Part shown: positions 63,420 through 64,000 of the stretch, in pieces | Position numbering within the stretch: position 1 is the stretch's first letter | Layout: each line of letters starts with the position of its first letter | NCBI GenBank assembly: GCA_964016885.1 | Contig: OZ024743.1 | Location: forward strand, 237,460,001-237,524,000 | Source: Eledone cirrhosa | Lineage: Eukaryota | Direction: 5' to 3' | Length of the DNA: 64,000 nucleotides | Made by a program: the position numbers and the translations under genes | Notes under the pieces: generated by a model | The model's database searches: none | What the model was told of the DNA's origin: nothing | What the model saw: only the letters and a program-made list of their open reading frames with translations

Positions 63420-64000
63420 GAAGTCTTCACAGTTGTATTTTTTCAGTCCTTATCCAGGATTCAACACCAATAGGTAAGGGTTGGCATGAATACTGAATTA
63501 AAGATAGTGAGTTTGGTTTTTACACCTTCACATGAACGAACATTGAAGCTGGCACATTACTGCACCCAGCTCCTGCAATTCTTACTCCATTCTGTCTGCC
63601 GGGGCTGTGGGGAGGCCACCAATATGATTGACTGACTTGTCATTTATCAGTCAGATGTTCCAACGATTCTATTTATATATATTTATATATATATATATAC
63701 GTTCATATATATAAATATATACATTTACGTTTAGGTTGTGCCTTGAAATCAATTAGTTTTAACTCAATATACATTAATCCCGTTAATTCAACCTTCTACC
63801 TTCCATCACTCATGAAATCAATTTTGAGTTACTTGAACTTTTCCACCTGGTTCAGTGGAACTCCACTCAAATGTAAAGTGCACTTATCAAGATGTGCAGC
63901 ACTCAGCACCAAACCTATCAAGTGCACATCGGAGATCACCTTCTGCCAACTTAAGAACTAACATGCTGTTTGGAAATTCCAGCTGAGCGATCCTACACCC
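63420..64000 (-). mobile_element. Decayed RTE-like LINE fragment in a Delta intron
   Basis: Minus-strand remnants LHLSGVPLNQVEKFK and KTKLTIFNSVFMPTLTY, with stops. Confidence 0.5.

Overview
AT-rich, repeat-saturated animal genomic DNA. The SINE, MITE and microsatellite landscape suggests a mollusc, probably a cephalopod (inference). One host gene is present: a minus-strand Delta-family Notch ligand with seven coding exons (63387->52652; 489 codons in window; MNNL C-term, DSL, 9 EGF repeats), whose 5' exons lie beyond the right edge. Unusually, it stops two residues after its hydrophobic C-terminal segment and so has no intracellular domain (GPI-anchored or tailless ligand candidate). The rest is mobile DNA and tandem repeats: a decayed Ty3/Gypsy-type LTR element with a 5-bp TSD nested in a CR1-like LINE; a 5'-truncated Penelope-like element (RT + GIY-YIG) with a hammerhead ribozyme carrying a very long stem II; at least six more hammerhead-like motifs; RTE, CR1 and Tx1 LINE fragments; a Tc1/mariner remnant; piggyBac-type MITEs; Helitron-like elements; tRNA-SINEs; a 5S rRNA pseudogene fused to a SINE tail; long foldbacks; and about 15 minisatellite arrays, several visibly born from transposon segments. 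All calls come from reading the sequence by eye; no searches or folding programs were run.
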